In this document: piece by piece, positions 37,569 through 51,962 of the stretch | How the letters are laid out: each line of letters opens with the position of its first letter | Numbering within the stretch: position 1 is the stretch's first letter | Assembly: GCA_010093705.1 (NCBI GenBank) | Contig: MU006089.1 | Coordinates: forward strand, 2,467,561 to 2,531,560 | Direction of reading: 5' to 3' | Length of the DNA stretch: 64,000 bases | Source: Patellaria atrata CBS 101060 | Taxonomy: Eukaryota | The notes under the pieces: generated by a model | Database searches by the model: none | What the model saw: the letters and a program-made list of their open reading frames with translations, nothing else | Told to the model about the DNA's origin: nothing | Translations under genes and position numbers: made by a program

Positions 37569-40500
37569 ATGGTTGTCAAAGAAACTAACAAGGTGGATCC
37601 GGTATGGGATGACCTGGATAGGTAAGAAAATATCATCTGTAACTCTAAACCGTGATATCATGTCAAAATGTGATCCACGCTGACACATTCTACTGTAGGA
37701 CATTGGTATGTTTGCCATGTGTAGACCTTAAGGCTGAGAGCTAAATCCATTAAGGGCCAACTGTTTATGATGGGATTTGATGGTACAACTGTAACTCCAC
37801 AGATCAAAACACTTATCGAAAAGCATCATCTTGGATCTATATTATTGACAGCTAAAAACCTTAAATGTGAGGACTGAGGACACGCCATAGAGACTGGAAT
37901 GGATTCTTACTAACATCAATAGCCGCTGAGGATACCACGAAATTAGTATATGAATTGCAAAAGATAGCACATGATGCCGGCCATCCAGTACCTCTTGCAA
38001 TCGGAGTGGACCAAGAAAATGGAGGTGTCAATAGTCTTTTCGATGAGATATATATCCGCCAATACCCAAGTGCCATGGGACTTGCTGCAACTGGATCAAC
38101 CGACCTAGCTTACGAAGTAGCCAAAGCCACCGCCCAGGAGATTGCAGCATGTGGAATCAACTGGATCTTTGGTCCTTGTTTAGATGTCTTGACCAATGCT
38201 CGAAATCAGCCACTAGGTGTTAGGACGTCTGGTGACGACCCTCAAGAGGTATCTGCTTTCGGCGTGGCTTTCATGAAAGGCTATAAAGAAGCTGGACTTG
38301 TTACATTAGGAAAGCATTTTCCTTCATATGGTAACCTGGAGTTTCTAGGTTCAGCGTTAGATGTGCCCATCATAACAGAATCACTCGAACAACTAAGTCT
38401 AAGCGCACTTATCCCATTCCGGAATGCTATAAAACATGGCCTTGATTCGATGATGGTCGGTGGCTGCGCTATGTCTTCTGCAGACTTAAATATTATGCAT
38501 GCTTGTCTATCAGATCAGGTTGTCGACGGTCTGCTTCGGAATGACTTAAAGTTCGAAGGAGTGGTTGTGTCAGAGTGCCTTGAGATGGAGGCACTCAGTC
38601 ACAATATTGGGGTCGGTGGTGGTACAGTCATGGCAGTCAACGCTGGCTGTGATATCGTTCTACTCTGCCGCTCATTCTCGGTCCAACAAGAGGCCATTGC
38701 TGGACTTAAGCTTGGAATAGAAAACTCGATGATTTCAAAGGATCGTATTCGTCAATCCCTAAGGCGAGTGCTCAATATGAAGTCGAAATGTACATCGTGG
38801 GATAAGGCGCTTAACCCTCCAGGTATCAATTTTCTTTCTACCCTCCAGCCGTCTCATACAGCTCTCTCAACCAAAGCGTACAACTCCTCTATAACGGTAG
38901 TACGCGATAAGAATAGACTCCTTCCTTTGTCTAGCATTATCGAAGCTGAAGAAGAACTTTTACTACTTACACCACTCGTGAAGCCATTAGCCGCTTCCGC
39001 TGCATCACGCGCCCTTTCAGATTCTGTCAATGCTGGTTCTCCTGAGCCAGCTGTATGGGAGCGAAGTGCGTCTGTCATGAGTGGAGAACGTGTATTCCGT
39101 GAATTAGGACGCTCTCTAGCAAGACAGAGGAGTGGAAGAGTCTTACATACCTCCTATACCGCCAACGGGCTTCGACCAGTCCATGAGAATTTGATAAATC
39201 GAGCTAGCGCAATAATCGTCCTTACAGCCGATGCTAATAGAAACCTCTACCAGCAAGGCTTCACAAAGCATGTATCAATGATCTGTAATATGCAATATTC
39301 TGCAGGAGGAGAGAAGAGAGAAAAGCCACTGGTAGTTGTGGCATGCAGTTCTCCCTATGATTTTGCAATGGACACTTCTATTGGAACATATATTTGCACC
39401 TATGATTTCACCGAAACAGCACTCAATTCCCTAGTAAAGGTTCTATACGGCGAACTATCACCAAGTGGCGCGTTACCAGGGACAATAAGTCAAAGCCAGA
39501 AATTGCACACCTCACGGCAACACTGGCTGGTGGAAGCATTCAACGACGAAAGAGATGCTCATGCCCTAGACACTCTGATAAAGACAGTGATCGAAGCTTC
39601 TCCTCCATCGCAGCGGTCCGAAATTTCAAGCGCGACATCTAATTCTTTCCTACTTCACCATCCGGAGGTACTCGAATCCCATTTTGTGGTTCGGAATAGC
39701 AGTACCCAGGCGCTTTATGGCTTCTGTTCAACATACTTCTTCAAGACCACAGGGACTGGCGTTATTGGAGCCCTCTTTGTGGATCCGGCAAGAAGAAAAC
39801 TCTCCATCGGACACTCCCTCCACAATAGAGCTATACGTACTCTCTTGCAGAGGGAAGGCATCAAAAGATTCCAGTTAGGCTCAAGATTACCTAGCATTTT
39901 CTTAGGAATTCCCACAGGACACAGCTCGGAAAGAAAGAGACTGAGATCATGGTTCGCGAACATGGGTTGGAATACTGCTTTATCTCGACCAGTTTGCAGC
40001 ATGGTAGCTCGCAACTTGCTGACCTGGGCACCACCAGACGGTATGGCGAAGAGTCTTCAGAGTGCGGGTGCTGAATTCGATCTCGTTTATGGATGGGAAC
40101 ATTCAGGTCCCGTTTTAGATCATATCAAGACAAGTAACCGACAAGGGCTTGCTGAGGTTTACAAACTTGCGCTCACTGATCCTACAGCATGTGGTATTAT
40201 CCGAGCTAAGAGACCAGAAGACCAAGCTATCGTTGGAACAGTAGTTTTGTATAGTATGCATTCTCACCTAGCAGAGTTCGTCCCAGCCATTAAGGACCTC
40301 AACGAAATGGTAGGGGGTATATCATCGCCAGTAATATCTCCCGCGGTTGGAGAATATTCGACATTATTACAGGGCTTAATATTGCTGGGAATGCGTCAAC
40401 TCAAACAGCAAGGGTGTAATGCATGTGTTCTTGACTATGTAAGTCCTCCTTCGTCTTCATTCGTCTTATACGCTTTTAGTCATGCTGAGTACTTTTGATA

Positions 40501-40617
40501 TAGATGGATGGTGATGGTAACTTCGATGGACTATCCACCATGGGATTCGATGTACTCCATAACTTCGAAGAAGTCTCCTGCGATGCCGCAACCTGGACGA
40601 TGGTACCGCCAGCCTAA
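37569..40617 (+). CDS. NGS1: GH3 beta-N-acetylglucosaminidase-like plus GNAT fusion (Ngs1/Nag3-type GlcNAc sensor)
   Basis: GVDQENGGV, PCLDV, KHFP GH3 motifs. C-terminal GNAT LFVDPARRKLSIGHSL. Exons 37569-37621, 37699-37705, 37755-37866, 37923-40437, 40504-40617. Confidence 0.88.
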
Positions 40618-42027
40618 AAGCTGTTTGAGCAAAATAGTCGCACTTCTGCACTAACCTCATTGTATCACCACATGCGCACAAGCTGCTTTGGTACTCCGTT
40701 AATCGGTAACTTTTTAATTCACTTAGACTATCTCCTTAAAAGTTCTGTTGTTGTATACATGCAAATTATGAAGACATGAGTTATTTCTATATGACGATAT
40801 GCATCTTGAATTCAAGCAGTGATGAGAGAGGTTCGGCCCCCCCGGGGTAGTTCACTAATCCGCTATTACTTTCCGAGCTTTTTGTTATAGTTCTGGAGAG
40901 CTATATGTAATATTAAACAAATCCAACTTATCCATCCTTACCTATTTGCACGTGCTAAAAATTCACGTATTTCTCCATATTCAGGAGAAGAGATGGATTG
41001 CAGAAATTATGAAGGAACAGGAAGGTCCATGAGCAACATAGGATAGATTCTAGCGAGCCATCACGGAGTCGAAACGCACAGTATCCTGGAGGTACTTCGA
41101 ACTGCAGTTCGCGACACCGACAAGTTGTCTCGGAGGGGCCGTGACATGTGTAAGAGGATGACGATCTTCTCTCCTCTCCACCTGTTGTCTCTCACCTCCA
41201 AAGCCGAACTTCATCGCCAAGCTGCCAAATGGAGCAGCGGGAGGCGGGAAGAGAGGGGCATAACGGTTTACAAGAACCCCTTAGATCTCTTAGAATCGTT
41301 TGAATTCACGAGTAGAACGTTTGAAACATTCTTCTAGAAGTATTCCTATTTCGTGGCGGAAGAGAGTGAAATAGCTTAAGAGTGCTTCGTTATAGTTCTA
41401 GCAGTCCTTTCCCCAACTCTCCAATAACAATCCAAAGGGTGAAATTACTCCTATCCTCACTGGCTTAAGTCGCTGCTTCATATCGCATCGTCCTGTCGCA
41501 CGCTTCCTATCTCAGACACAGTGTGCAGTGCATTCAATACATAGGGCGATAAAGACTCGCTGCATGTGACTGCTTCGGGCGAACGTAACAGTCGCACAGA
41601 GTGAGCGACGAATATTGCCATCACCGTCTTTTTGTCCTATCCGTCCTCTTGCTGCTAGATTCATTTGCAGCACGTCAAATAATATTTCCATTATTAGCGA
41701 CTCGGTCCCTTAAGGCCAACATCCAGAACCCCAGCTACAGTACAGGATCGTTCAGGCGCGCCGAGTTCGTTGCTCTCTTGCACGCCGCTCCCCGTCCATC
41801 TCCACCTCAGACCCCAGCAGTAGAAAACACCAACTCGCAGTACCGTTACAGCACTTTCGCAACACCCACAACCTTTTCAGTTCCGCTGTGAGTTCACACT
41901 ACGAAATCTCCACTTTGCGCCTCGATCGGTCGAATAAACAACGGTTCTTGTGGATTCGTATCGGGCGCATGCAGCTATTCCATAACTACATCAGGCTCAA
42001 TAGTGCCGCCTCGGCCGCCGACCAGCT

Positions 42028-43719
42028 ATGGAGGGCTTCGATACGATTACCATGTCCTACTTGGCGGCTCCAATGTCACTTTCCAACGTAACGGCGGCCG
42101 ATGCCCTCTCAGTCCCGCTATTACCTCTGGAGAATCTCGACCACCACTCAAATTACGACGCAGAAACATTCGCTGGGTAAGCGCAGACCACTCTCCGATT
42201 TTGTCGAGCAAACATGCGAGCAATGCTAACCTTACTTCGTAGTAGCGAAGATGCTACATTCGCACAGCACGGTTTATCACAACATCCACCGCTGAAGAGA
42301 TATCCGAGCACGTACGAGGACCCATTTTCAGACGTTCTCAGTGCGTACGAGCATCCGGCACATCAAGATGGGAATGGGGTCGAGAACCCCTCTATCGAGC
42401 GAGACAACAAGCTCCTCAGTTTCTCCTTACCCATATTTAACTATACACTGTTGGACTATGCATTACGAAGGACTTCCATCTCGCTCTCCGCGCAGCTACA
42501 TGGCATGTTCTTCCTGGCAGAATCGCCATGGGCCTCTGCGGGCGATGCATCAGCGGCTCCTACGGAGCTTACATGCTATAGAAGAAATTTGTTTCAGATC
42601 ACTGGAACGGTGACATTACCAAGGACTCTGCAATTCATCTTGACTGAGACAGGAGAGCAACTTCCTATTCTCGGTCAAGAGTTGACTATATCTGCTACCG
42701 AATCTGTTGAGGGCAATCCGGTCAAGATTATCTCTGTTCCATGGAAGACGCCGACAACTCATCAGACTGTCGTTGAAGATAAGACAGAGAAGGAACCACC
42801 GTCAATACCGTTGGACCTTTCAAATGGCCAAGATATGGACTCGGATTTTGTAAACTTTCCTATTGCATGGAAACGATTACAGTTCAGGATCGCAACAGCG
42901 AATAACGGAAGAAGGAAAGAACTTCAGCAGCATTTCGTTGTACGTCTAAGAGTCATGGCTACATTATCAACAGGTGCGAAGATATCTCTATGTGAGGTCC
43001 AATCTGGTGCCATTATTGTACGAGGTCGAAGTCCCAGAAATTTCCAATCCAGGAAGGACTTTCCTATAAGTGGAGGAAGCGCATCAGGGCGAAAAGCACA
43101 TCTACCAGCTCAACCGTCAAGAACATCAACTGGTGAATCCAGCCATCACAACAACCATCAGCAACCGGAAAGACCTCCGGATACGAAACCATTACAGATT
43201 CCCCAAATACCCTTTCCTTACGATCCAAGTGAGATTCAGGTGTCACCTGATTTCTTCGAATGGAGAATCCCAACCGGACAACCTAGTGCAATGACAGCAC
43301 TACCTCCAGACCCAACCTCATTTCCCCTTCAAGCAGGCCCCGGTGCATATCCTCAATCAAGCCCGGATCTCTCACGATACGGGCGACATATGCCACAAGC
43401 TCCTGCCGCACCTATCAATCTCTCACTCACAGACGATGAGCCGAAGAAGCCAGAGTCTCCGAACGAGAATATCAAGAAGGCACCCAGGTTGTCCTCGGTA
43501 CCTCGGCCACCTTCCTTTTCGATTAACCTAATCAGCAGCCCAGACGAAAGTGCGGATCTACTGTATGAATACTTTCCCCTAGGCCTGGATGACTGGATGC
43601 CGCCAGTTGATGCGGTGTACAGGCCTCATGTCGTCCATCATACGAACTTACCCCCTGACCCTAAAGCGCTGGCTGTCAAGAACCGATCAAAACGGTATTT
43701 CTCAGAGGATCAGTCCTGA
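42028..43719 (+). CDS. RON1: Ndt80/PhoG-family transcription factor (RON1/XprG-like)
   Basis: LTCYRRNLFQI, WKRLQFRIATANNGRRKELQQHF, IIVRGRSPRNF. Intron 42177 to about 42242. The RON1 name is inferred from cluster context. Confidence 0.88.
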
Positions 43720-45883
43720 TTTCAGTAGTAGAGCAGATGGGATAACACCTCCACTGACGGGAGTGGCGGCCCCGCACATTGGTGTTTCACACGCACGTCA
43801 GAAGTGTTCTGCTGTGAGCGTAGGAAATCAATTCCCTTTAGCAGTACAATTTCCCGACCTGCAAGGATGTGACTTCTTGCCACAGTGGAACGAGATTCGA
43901 GTAGCACCTTCCAAATCGGGTAATACCCGTTTCAGCAGCGTCGAACCTTCTAGTCACGGGACTGTCGAGATTTTGTATATCCTGGGAGAATGTACTGAAA
44001 CCCGACCCATACCTGGATATTGCGTCTTTAATATCGAATTCACACAAGCCGCACGATTTTGATCCGTACTCTGGGGATTGCGACTTCTGACCTGTAAAAC
44101 GGCCGAGACGAAATGGAAGAGGGTACCGGAGCTTTGGAGAAACGGGTCAACATTCACGATAATTTCCGAGCGCTTATTTTTCGCGCCCCCGTTTCGGAGA
44201 ATATAGCTTTCAATGTACAGTACATTCACCCAGATACCATTCAGTTGGAATCGTCCTAGGGGCCTACTACCGGTCAATATCCATCATGATCTCGAAACTT
44301 ATGTATCCCATATATCATCTCCGCGTTTCAAGCACACGGCCTGATCTGTCTTCGATCGATATCTTTCTACGTCATAGAGAAATAGTGATGCTGATTTTCG
44401 TCCGCGTAGCGCAAGTTGAGATCTGTGTCGGGGGGCCCCGTGCTACAGTACAGTACACGACTTGTACTGTACTACAATGATTCGAATAGTCCGTCAGATA
44501 CTGTACTCTTCGGCCTCTATTCGGGGTGGCACAACCTATAAGGTGTATGAGGTACGGTATATGTACTGTATGGCGATACTTTTCTGTTGGATGTGGATGA
44601 GCTGTGGTAGGGACGAATTCTAGGCTGCAGGAACGACTGACAGGTAGGAAGAATGAAGGAGGGATACGTAGGGTTGTTCGTCTAGTTGGTGTAGTGAAGT
44701 GGAATGGGTCACCTGTACTGTACCAGATCTACGCTATCAATCCCATATATATACAAATATCATATACCAATACCATATCCCCTCCGCTTCCATCGTTCAT
44801 AGTATATAAATCGAAACCACCATCTTCCCCCCCCCCCCCCCCTCCTCTCTTCAAACACGTAATCAATCCCTGATGGGAACCCAAAATAAACGCACTAAAG
44901 TAAGGGCAACAATCGAATACTAGATCCATCTACCACTATCCCATTACGGGAGACGCGAGACCCATTTCGGCACGAAATAGAACTCTAAGGTACGGTTCCC
45001 CATTTCCGTTGGCCTGCGCTTTTGCGAGGGAGAGGATAGATGGATGGACCGGCGCGATGCAACCTCAACCTCACAGCTAACAGCAAACTGGGTGGAATTC
45101 CATTAGATATCCCTATCTATCCTACAGAAAACCAAATCCAATATTAGACTGAGAGAAATTGCTTACCGCAATATGGATGATGTGTGTTTTATGACAGCGT
45201 CGTGAAGACACGAGACGCGAGAATTTTGTTTTATCGGCGCCCTGAAATGCATCGCGTGTATTGCTTCCCGTTTCCCCTAAGTGCTTGCTCCACCTTTCAT
45301 CCTGTATGGATGTCGTGCCTTTATATACAAGATGGATATGATGATCTATGACAGGGCTGAAACGCTCACTGTATATGGAAAATAAAGGGTAGATGATGTA
45401 GATAACAAGGGTAAAACTGCGAGACTGACACCCGGTTCCCAAGGAGGATGGGAAAATAATGAGCAAATAGACCAAACTTGCAACCGCACTGTATCACCAG
45501 ACGGTTACCTCAAGAGCTTGGCAAGACGATCTAAGGGACAAGGGAAAATGCTTTCACTCCCCGTAACGCAGGCCCCATAAACCCCCGATGAACGCTACGC
45601 CCGATGCTATGCACATGCTATGTTTCTATGCTAAACGAAAACCCATGAAGTTAAACGCCACGTTTGGAGTGAAAAAGGGAAACTACGACCGCACCCCTCC
45701 TTTCTACATCGCCTATTAACGGGTACGGTTGAAGCGGGTACTTGGTAAATGGTGAGATTGTGACTGCGACGACAACGTAGCCGGAGCAGCATTGCTACGC
45801 TGACGGCGTCGCCAAGTATGCTCGTTGAGCCTGGCGAAGGACAGGCTTTAGTTCTGCATAGAGATCCAGCTGTAAGATGTTCC

Positions 45884-47571
45884 TCAGGCATCGGGTACGC
45901 TCGCAGCTACCGCAGCTCCGAAGATGGCAGCCTCGTCTGCAATCTCCAAGACAACGGAATGAGGGTCGGCGCCGGACAACGCGGTGAGGTCGTCGAGATA
46001 CGCTTGGCACTGCTGACGGAATCCTGGATATTTCTCGATGACCGAACCGTTGCAGCCGATAGTCATGTGGCCGTTCGATGCAGCCGTAAGTCCTTCGGCT
46101 ACGAGCCGTAATTGCCAGAGAGAATGGATACCCACAGCGAGGTAAGCAGCGGCTCGACGAGACACGACTTGCGCTACTTGGCGAATGAATAGAAGGTCGG
46201 CGTAGGATGGCGGTGTGGAGAGAGGGTGTTGTGAGTAAAATGCGGCGCTTGATTTTGATAGAAGAGGGGTATCATCACTGTGGACGATGTCAGTTAAAGT
46301 TCGATAGGCTAAAAGGGGATCTTTTACGCTTGAAATATTGCTAGTATCCCTGTGTCGAGAGAGTACGGTTCGCTGAACTTCTCTGGCATCTCACCGCCAA
46401 ATAATCCAGCATCGTTTATTGCTTCTAGCATGACGAGACGTACGATTTCGCCTAGATATCTCCCCCCGAGAAGATGCTCGAACGGTTGAAAGTCTGGTTG
46501 TCGATGGGTTAAATTCAGATATTCGTCCCATCTGGTGGTGTGCAAAATGTTCTTGCCGAACATGCTGTATTCCGTATTTACCACAACATGGGTAGCATTG
46601 TCATACCAACTTTGCTCCCTCCTGCCGAACTTCGAATGTGCAAGTGTTGAGACGGGAAGATGAATGGCGGCATTTGTACCGGTACCAAGGATAACTGCCA
46701 TTCTGGTTGCACTGTTTTCATATGCGCAGGACAAGAGAGAAGCAACCCCGTCGTTAATGATGGCGCCCACTCGGACATTGAGGTTCTATGTTTAGTATTA
46801 GTCATCATTTAGATTAGAGTAACCTCAGAACATACCCTCTTGTGGCAAGCATCCATTATCAATTCGCTTATATCACGCTCCTGGCAGCCAACAGTGGCGC
46901 AGAAACCCTTTCCCATTTCTAGCAGCAGTCCATTGCGACCAGAAAGTTGGCTATTTACTATTAGTACAAGAGGAGTGATGATTGTTGCTAACCACTCACT
47001 TGATTGGAAATGACCAAGACAAGCCCATAGATAAGGTCGACATGGCATGAGACTTTAATTCTGCATCCGCAAGAGTTTCCTCTATTCTCCCCGCCATCCA
47101 GTCAAAGAATTGGGTTCCTTCGAGAACTCGGATGGACTCATCAATCTTGAAACTTCGCATTTTCGTGATCTGCATCGGCTTTTCCCCAGGAGATATTCCT
47201 TTCAGCACCACCACCGCAACTCGGAAGGTAGAACCCCCAACATCAAGAGCTAGAAACGTTCCTCGCTCGTCGCCTGCAGGGAGGGTATGGGTAAAAGTAG
47301 GGAGCATGCTGATATTGCTCGCCTGGAGCTTGACCGCGAATTGTTCTTGCAACGCCGCGGACATGGCTAATAATTTCCCAGATTGTAAAGGTGACTCGAA
47401 GTTCCTCCGTACCTCCCGTAGGAACTTATCCATATTTCGATTTTTGGGGCGAACAACATCTTGTAAGCGTTTTCTTGTATGTAGGGACGGGAATATCGCG
47501 GAGTGCACAAGCGAAGGGAGCATGATGATCGCCTCCAAGACCGCGAGAAAGCTATGCCAAAGGTCAAACAT
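45884..47571 (-). CDS. Hexokinase-family GlcNAc kinase (Hxk3 / Candida Hxk1-like)
   Basis: SMLPTF, LALDVGGSTFRV, GLSWSFPI, MGKGF, IINDGVA, ILGTGTNA, NTEYSMF, GGRYLGE, NGSVIEKYPGF. Three introns. Confidence 0.92.
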
Positions 47572-50296
47572 GAGAGGCGAACGGGGTATAAAACGGTAAT
47601 CCACACAATTTCGAAAGTCGGTTCACCCGACGGGGGTACTTGAACGTTGTGAAAGACTCAAGGATGAAGTATACCGGCAAGTATAGTCAAATGATGCAGT
47701 TCGTAGCACTAGACTATGTACTGCTGGTATGGACAGGCTGATCTCCACCCTCCGTTATGCAAAGAAAATTCAGGTTAGCGGAAGTTGGAGAAGAGGTCGA
47801 GTATGATTCGCCCGATGTCGCAAACGGTTCTTATGCATTGCGGGTTGTACGGGCAGCGGGCCTGAAGATGAAGGGTGCGTGAAGTTGAAGAGGATGAACA
47901 AGGTGTCATCCGCTACGCTACTCGTACAGTACAGTAAAGTAACCGCCAGCGGGGCGTGGTAGATGGGAGATTACCGGTACATGCAAATAGGGCAGAAGCA
48001 GGACAGGGAGGAGAGGCACGGTAAGGTTCTAAAGAGAACTAGGAATGTTCTTTTGCAAAGTGAGCAACGTGGGGAGGGATTCTGATGGAACGTTCTAAAA
48101 ATGCTACTAGGGACGGATGGGGAGGCAGAAAGGATACTGCTACATCACCGCGTTGGTTGGTATCAGATGAGATATTCTTCCGCAAGAAAATAAATCAATT
48201 GGGGGAAACAATAGGCCAACGGGGCAAGGGTAGAAGGGGTAGAAGGGTGCTTAACGGGCTGAATAGAGAGAAAGCTGGCCCCACAGTTGTGGAATCGGGG
48301 TGTAGGAATGCTGAAGGCTGGAGAGTGCGTGGACGGGTTGGGACGATAATTGGGGCCTTGAGTGTGGTGATGGCTGTGTGATGGTGCTGGTTCATGTTGA
48401 GTGCGAGCGTTCTGCTGCCGTTTGGGTGCGTAAGGTAGTTGATGAAAAAGTGTGTTGCGATGTGCTATCGACGTAACCGTTCAACACAACGTTACTATAC
48501 CCAAACAGGCACCATACAAGACATCCGAGGGAAAATGAAATCCGGATGCATCCAACAGCACGGAGGCAGCTATACAGTATACTCTATACTGCTTACGACA
48601 AGCATTCATTCCATACTCCACCCTTTCCCATAAACATCCTTTAAAGATCAATATACGACGTGCATCGTTGTCCAAACATTCATAAACACGCCCTGTTTCT
48701 TTGAACTGAGTTGCAGAGTGAAAACCTTACTGTAACGTCCGCCTTCCAAAGTCGATCCTACGTCAACAGCTAATGCTAACGTAACTGACAGCTATAAAAG
48801 GCCAAAATCAATCCGATAATGCCAATTAACGGGTACGCCGAGAAAAGCCACTTGTAGATGGCAATTGGCCATTCCGCAACACCAAGCGTGTAGATCCGCC
48901 GCTAATAGAATCGTCAATTCATATCAATATGGCTTAGCCTAGATGTGCTTTTCTCAAAAGTAAAGCAGGACTCCGTACACTCAAGTACAGTGAATATCCT
49001 CCGCATAAAGCATGCAGCAACCGCTACAGTACTCAACGGGAACGCGGCGGACGTCGATACTGACCCACATGATCTGCTTTCCGCCCTATCTCGAAACTAA
49101 AATTGTTTTTGCTCGAGGCACGACGTCTGTAACTCTACCCCTGTCAACCGGATTTCCCCTTTCCAGCTATGTCGGACTGTTTGGGTGTAACGACGACTTG
49201 AAACGCGAGATCTGAGGTATTGCATGGGACGCCCCATCGTGGGAGCATGCACAGATCCTGAGACAAAAACCAGTGCACAAGAAGCATGGGCAACTTTCTC
49301 GTCTGGTTTTAAAACTCAGTGAGATCTCGAAACGAGATCGCCACGGTAGCCAGGGGGACGATATCAGGACCCTTCCCCGCGTATGGTCACAGCGTCGCAT
49401 GCCGTCCGAGAAAGGCAACCCGCTGTAATCGTAACGCGGGGCAGCTTCAACGAGATACGGGACGATTAGCTCCATGCACCACGGATGTACCGCTGTAGGG
49501 TAAGGTATCAGGTGAAAAAAAAAAAACCAAGGTAGAGTGCAAATACGCGTATTCGACTATAGGTCGTAAGTGAGCATTGGCCCTGCTTGAAGTTGATGTA
49601 CGTTCGCAAGCGATGCTACAGTCTGTAGGCGATACAATCAATGTCATGTCATTATCGCTAATCTTGAAATGACCCGCTTGTTTATAGTATCACGTATACT
49701 AGCCACCATATGGAGAATGCACGAGTTCCGTTATCTGGCATGTTGGGACACACTGCTCGATTTAGTCTAGAACAAATGACCACCCACTCGAATAACTGGG
49801 TCACATTGCGCGCAGTACTATCATATTGGGCTGTAACTTGTAATGGGTGATGTCTCGGATAAACAACTTTATCCCAACTCGAAACGGGGAGGACGATTTC
49901 AAAAGCAGGTACTGTGAGACTTAACGAATTGTAGTTGAAAAACGTACCTAGTCCTCCGCAATGCGACCTCAGTCGCTAGAGCTGTAGCCGGAATTGGATC
50001 ATTGCTTTTCTGGAAGATGAATACTTCAATTATACAAGTCTTGAAATATGACATGAGGATGCGGGATATTAGAAAGTTTGCTTATGTGAAGGAGCAAGTG
50101 TTTGATATTATCATTCAAGCTAAGATTTATTTACTACCTCCGTGAGGTATAGCATCATTCATCATTTCGGAAGATTTGCAAACATCAGTGCCATATGACC
50201 CTATTTGGGAACTCTGCACAAGACGATCGATGCCAAATCGCTCAGTGAAGAATTACAATATGAAAAGAAATCGAGATGGTATCATTAAAAGAAAAA

Positions 50297-51962
50297 TCAG
50301 GCGACCGTCTTCTCATGCTCCGTTCTGGGGCCTTTCGGGGCGACGTCGCGAATAGTCTCGTCGGTATATTTCAAGTCATCTTCGACGGGAATGTGATCAC
50401 GAATCTTGAGGAAGATGACAGGAGCAGCAAAGAGTAAGCTGCCCGCAAGGACTCCCCATGCGGAGCCAAACATGGACCAGTACGACGTGCCAAGATTGTC
50501 GAGACGCCAGTTGATGGCAGCAGCGCCGGATTGAATGCCTTTGTAGAAACCTGCAAAATTTGCGAGTTTCCTGCCGTTGTTGGTAAGTGCGCCCATGTAC
50601 CTATTTTACCATATCAGTCCAAAAGCTTGCCATATCGACAATTGTAAGTGCCACATACCAGTAAACGACTGTCTGCCACGCAGCATCGTAGAAGCCGTAA
50701 AACATGTAAAGGAACATTGGGCCAATGTAACCATTATCGGTCCAGTCAAACTTGATAAAATCGTCGGTAGGGTCATCTGGTGTGTCCTCTCCGGCGGTGA
50801 CCATTGCTCGAGTATATGTCTTCTGGAATGCATAACCGCCGCCCCAAATAGAGAAAGTGAGGACGATCAGAGCAACCCAAGCGGCTTTTGCACGAATAGT
50901 ACGCCTAAAGTAGGTTGTATCCAGGGCGTGACCGAAAGTGAAAGCACCGGCAATCTGCATAATGTAGTAGAGAACCGAATTTAGGGCACGAGTGCGGGTA
51001 TTGAACTTGGCCAAGTTCACATCATTGAAGTGATAGGTGTAAAACCAGTTGGAGGCGAAGAACATTGGAAAGAGTAAAAGGATGTAGGTGTCGGATCGGA
51101 ACACCTCCCAGAGACCCAGGATTTCGGTCTTCCAAGTAGGATTTTTCATCAAAATGATCTTTGAGCCATCTTCACGAATCACATCTTTTGCGTTAACGAG
51201 ACACCAGGCCAAGGAGGCACCGATAAGGGTGAGGATCAGAAATCCAATATAAGTGCCATCAGTGACGGGTTTGTTACCGCGTTGATTGATGTTCTGACCA
51301 AGAGGGATCTAAGATGGTGCTGTTAGTTGTTCCATATCAATACCAAGCGTGAGGGTAAGGTTTACCAAACCGCCAATAACCGCACCAAGGTTGAAAATCA
51401 TCCAGAACCAGGCGATGAAGCGACCTTTCGAGTCTTCAGACGGATACGACATCATAATCGCACCTTGCGCACACCACAAAAGACCGGCGCAAACACCGAG
51501 AAGCGCGCCGGCGAAGACGCAAAAGCCATAGTTTTGATTATGGTTGTAGGACAAGAAGGAAGCGACGTAGATGCTGTATCCCATACCACCGAAGCAGAGG
51601 GCCGTTCGAACACCAAGCCTGTTTGTGAAAGTACCGGCAAAGAATCCAACGACAGCGAAAGTGGAATAGAGGGCAACGGCGGCATCATTTGCGGCGGTAG
51701 CATCAATTTGACCTCCTCCGCCCATGCCTGAGAGGGCATTGTACATGCCCGGGCACATGAAGCAAACAAACGAAACGATGGTCAATTGCCATGACGGAGA
51801 GGCATACCATGATAACTTCAAGGGACCAAGTTTCAATCTCTTGTACATCCAGCGCTTTGGAAGAATGACTTCGCCAGTCGCATCTCGAGTGGCATCGTTG
51901 TCGTGACTGGAATTACCAGAAGAGGCAACTTCTGGTTGCATGGCACCCCCCTTCTCAGACAT
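50297..51962 (-). CDS. NGT1: MFS/UNC-93-like GlcNAc transporter
   Basis: CFMCPGMYNALSGMGGGG, LWCAQGAIMMSYP, FNTRTRALN, AGFYKGIQS. Multiple TM helices, two introns, cluster context. Confidence 0.88.

Noticed and set aside
43589..45475. Small ORFs between RON1 and the hexokinase
   Set aside because: No domains or splice structure; probably UTR/intergenic
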